From contig CAVZQN010000004.1 of NCBI GenBank assembly GCA_963777505.1, forward strand, positions 1,728,001-1,792,000: a DNA stretch of 64,000 nucleotides, read 5' to 3'. This stretch comes from an uncultured bacterium. Its GTDB lineage: Bacteria; Acidobacteriota; HRBIN11; JAKEFK01. The notes under the pieces are model-generated. The model made no database searches, was not told the DNA's origin, and was given only the letters and a program-made list of their open reading frames with translations. The translations under genes were made by a program, and so were the position numbers. Positions 62,220-64,000 of the stretch are shown piece by piece (the first letter of the stretch is position 1; each line of letters begins with the position of its first letter).

Positions 62220-63307
62220 TTCGGATTTCAGATCCCGGAAAGTAATGTGAAAGAATTTCCGTAAATGAAAAACCCTTCGCAGCTAAAATGTCTGCTCCAG
62301 TTTGACAAAAACCAACTCCATGGCCTTGTCCTCTTCCATGAAAAACATAACCATCTGAGGTTTGTGTCATCTCATAACTGTTGCCTGGTAGTTTGTTCCA
62401 TCCATAAGCTTGGCCAAGTCTTGTGCGAAAAACTTCCATTGGGAATTGCTTTTCTGTACTTTGAGTTGAAACGACAATCTTGTTAGCAACGCGATGCAGT
62501 TTTGCATTTGGAAATCCGCTGATCGCAGTCAACTCTTCAAAACTTAGAAATGTCTGCCACGGCGGCAATGCCTTAATACAAGGACAAGATACGGCTGTAA
62601 ATTCGTATGGCTGCGATTGTTCACCCCATGCATCTTTGAATGTAGCCGTTTGTCCACCGCAAGATCGCGAATAATAAGGCTTGAACAATTGATCGTGGTA
62701 CGTTAAAACGAGCGATGCGCTTTTTTGAACCGCACGTTGTATTTCAGGTGAGGGCTGGAGATTCTGAAATACCTGACAATGTGTTGTATCGCAAAAATCT
62801 GCATGTTTTTCGGGATGACGTCCACCTTCACTTAAGAATGACCTGCTTACAATTGCAAATGCCTCGATCGCTTCCGGCTCTTGAACCCCTCTTAACTCTG
62901 AAGAAATAACAGAACCTACAAAATCTTCGCTCGACAGTCGTAGTACTATACTTATAGTACTATTATAGAAGTGAAATTCAAACTGGCCGGAATAAGCGCG
63001 ATCCATTTTGTCGTCGATTTGAATCTGAACTTTGCAGACCTCGGGACAATCTAGCGAAAGGCGTTCTCCTGAAATCATGGAGGACTGCAGCGTTCGATTA
63101 GCTGCGCGAAGCTCGAATGTTTTGCCTGAAAGGATCGGCATCTCTGCGATCAGAATTGCGCAGCATTCCCGTGGCAGGCGACAGCAACGTCAAGCGAATT
63201 TGACGCGGTTGCAGGAGCGATAAGATTGAAACACGAACGTTCCGTTGATCAGAGTAAGCGATCACAGGGAAAAAAATGACGAACAAAAGAAAGCTTATTC
63301 TAAGCAT
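62182..63307 (-). CDS. SpoIID/LytB domain protein (frameshift near 63150)
   Basis: EA.AI..RS, DFCDTTHCQVF, CGGQT, GQGHGVGFCQ.GA and EILSHYFPG; signal peptide in upstream frame. Confidence 0.85.
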
Positions 63308-63315
63308 AAAAAGAA

Positions 63316-64000
63316 TTATCGGAGCGCGACTGTTTTCGCTTTGAATAACTCCAACCATGCAGCCAGGGCTCGTCCGCCATTTGGCGCCGCATCACTCGCG
63401 CCGCGTCCGTTTTGGACAAAAGTCATAATTGCAATATCCGGATCATCTGCAGGATAGAGCCCGATCCACCAACCCTGAGTGCGCGAGTAATCGGTTTTGC
63501 CATTCACGATCATCAATGATGTTCCCGTTTTACCAAGCATTTCGACACCTGAGGCACTTCTGGCAAGGCTTGACGTTCCATACATGGATCCTTCCAACAA
63601 TCCTTTCTGGATTAAAGTGCGAATCTCAACAGGAGGTACATATGATTTTCTGGATTGTGTTGCATCAGCTAACTTCCAGAGTGTTCCGCCATTAAAGATT
63701 GAGGAATACGCCCGCAGTAGTCGGAGCGGAGAGACTTTCCATTCCATCGTTGTTCCGGTCATGGCTTTGCGAATGAGTTGTGGGTTGTTCAAGCCTTCAC
63801 TTTGTTCGGATATTCCGAACTCTCGCAATACATCGATAAAAGTTTCTGTTGAGGTTTGTGCAGCCAGTTGCCGAAAATAAACATTGCACGAAAATGCCAC
63901 GGCTTTTTGGGCATCGACTGTCCCATGACCATTTCGATCCCAGCATCCCATTGAATCTCTTGCAGCAGAAGGCGGGCAATGGAATTCCGGAAATTTGCCT
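63316..64000 (-). CDS. Penicillin-binding transpeptidase domain protein, 5' end outside window
   Basis: CW...GHG, SCNVYF (SxN) and GKTGT; frame open to window edge. Confidence 0.85.
   Translation of the reverse strand, partial: GKFPEFHCPPSAARDSMGCWDRNGHGTVDAQKAVAFSCNVYFRQLAAQTSTETFIDVLREFGISEQSEGLNNPQLIRKAMTGTTMEWKVSPLRLLRAYSSIFNGGTLWKLADATQSRKSYVPPVEIRTLIQKGLLEGSMYGTSSLARSASGVEMLGKTGTSLMIVNGKTDYSRTQGWWIGLYPADDPDIAIMTFVQNGRGASDAAPNGGRALAAWLELFKAKTVALR

Overview
Bacterial chromosomal window of moderate GC. Gene content and repeat style suggest an Acidobacteriota-like environmental genome, but that is inference only. It holds about 60 mostly housekeeping and accessory genes, including pncB-nadE, rtcB, ndh, acs, pepP, a MacAB-type exporter, two B12 radical SAMs and a ketosynthase/flavoprotein/radical-SAM/ICMT cluster. 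Three things stand out. (1) A DIP1984-family gene is followed immediately by a ~170-nt candidate structured RNA with a 12-bp closing stem, a perfect tRNA T-arm and three CAGCACA repeats. (2) Several families of short palindromic or heptameric repeats bracket single accessory genes in inverted orientation, and 'empty' versions of such brackets also occur. (3) An integrase-less integron cassette array (~46.8-50 kb) carries a beta-lactamase-like gene, with a tandem-domain arr gene at its distal end. A separate cassette-like gene lies at ~41 kb. Many genes are broken by single-base indels, most simply explained as long-read assembly errors, so pseudogene calls are provisional. All calls come from reading the sequence by eye; no searches were run.
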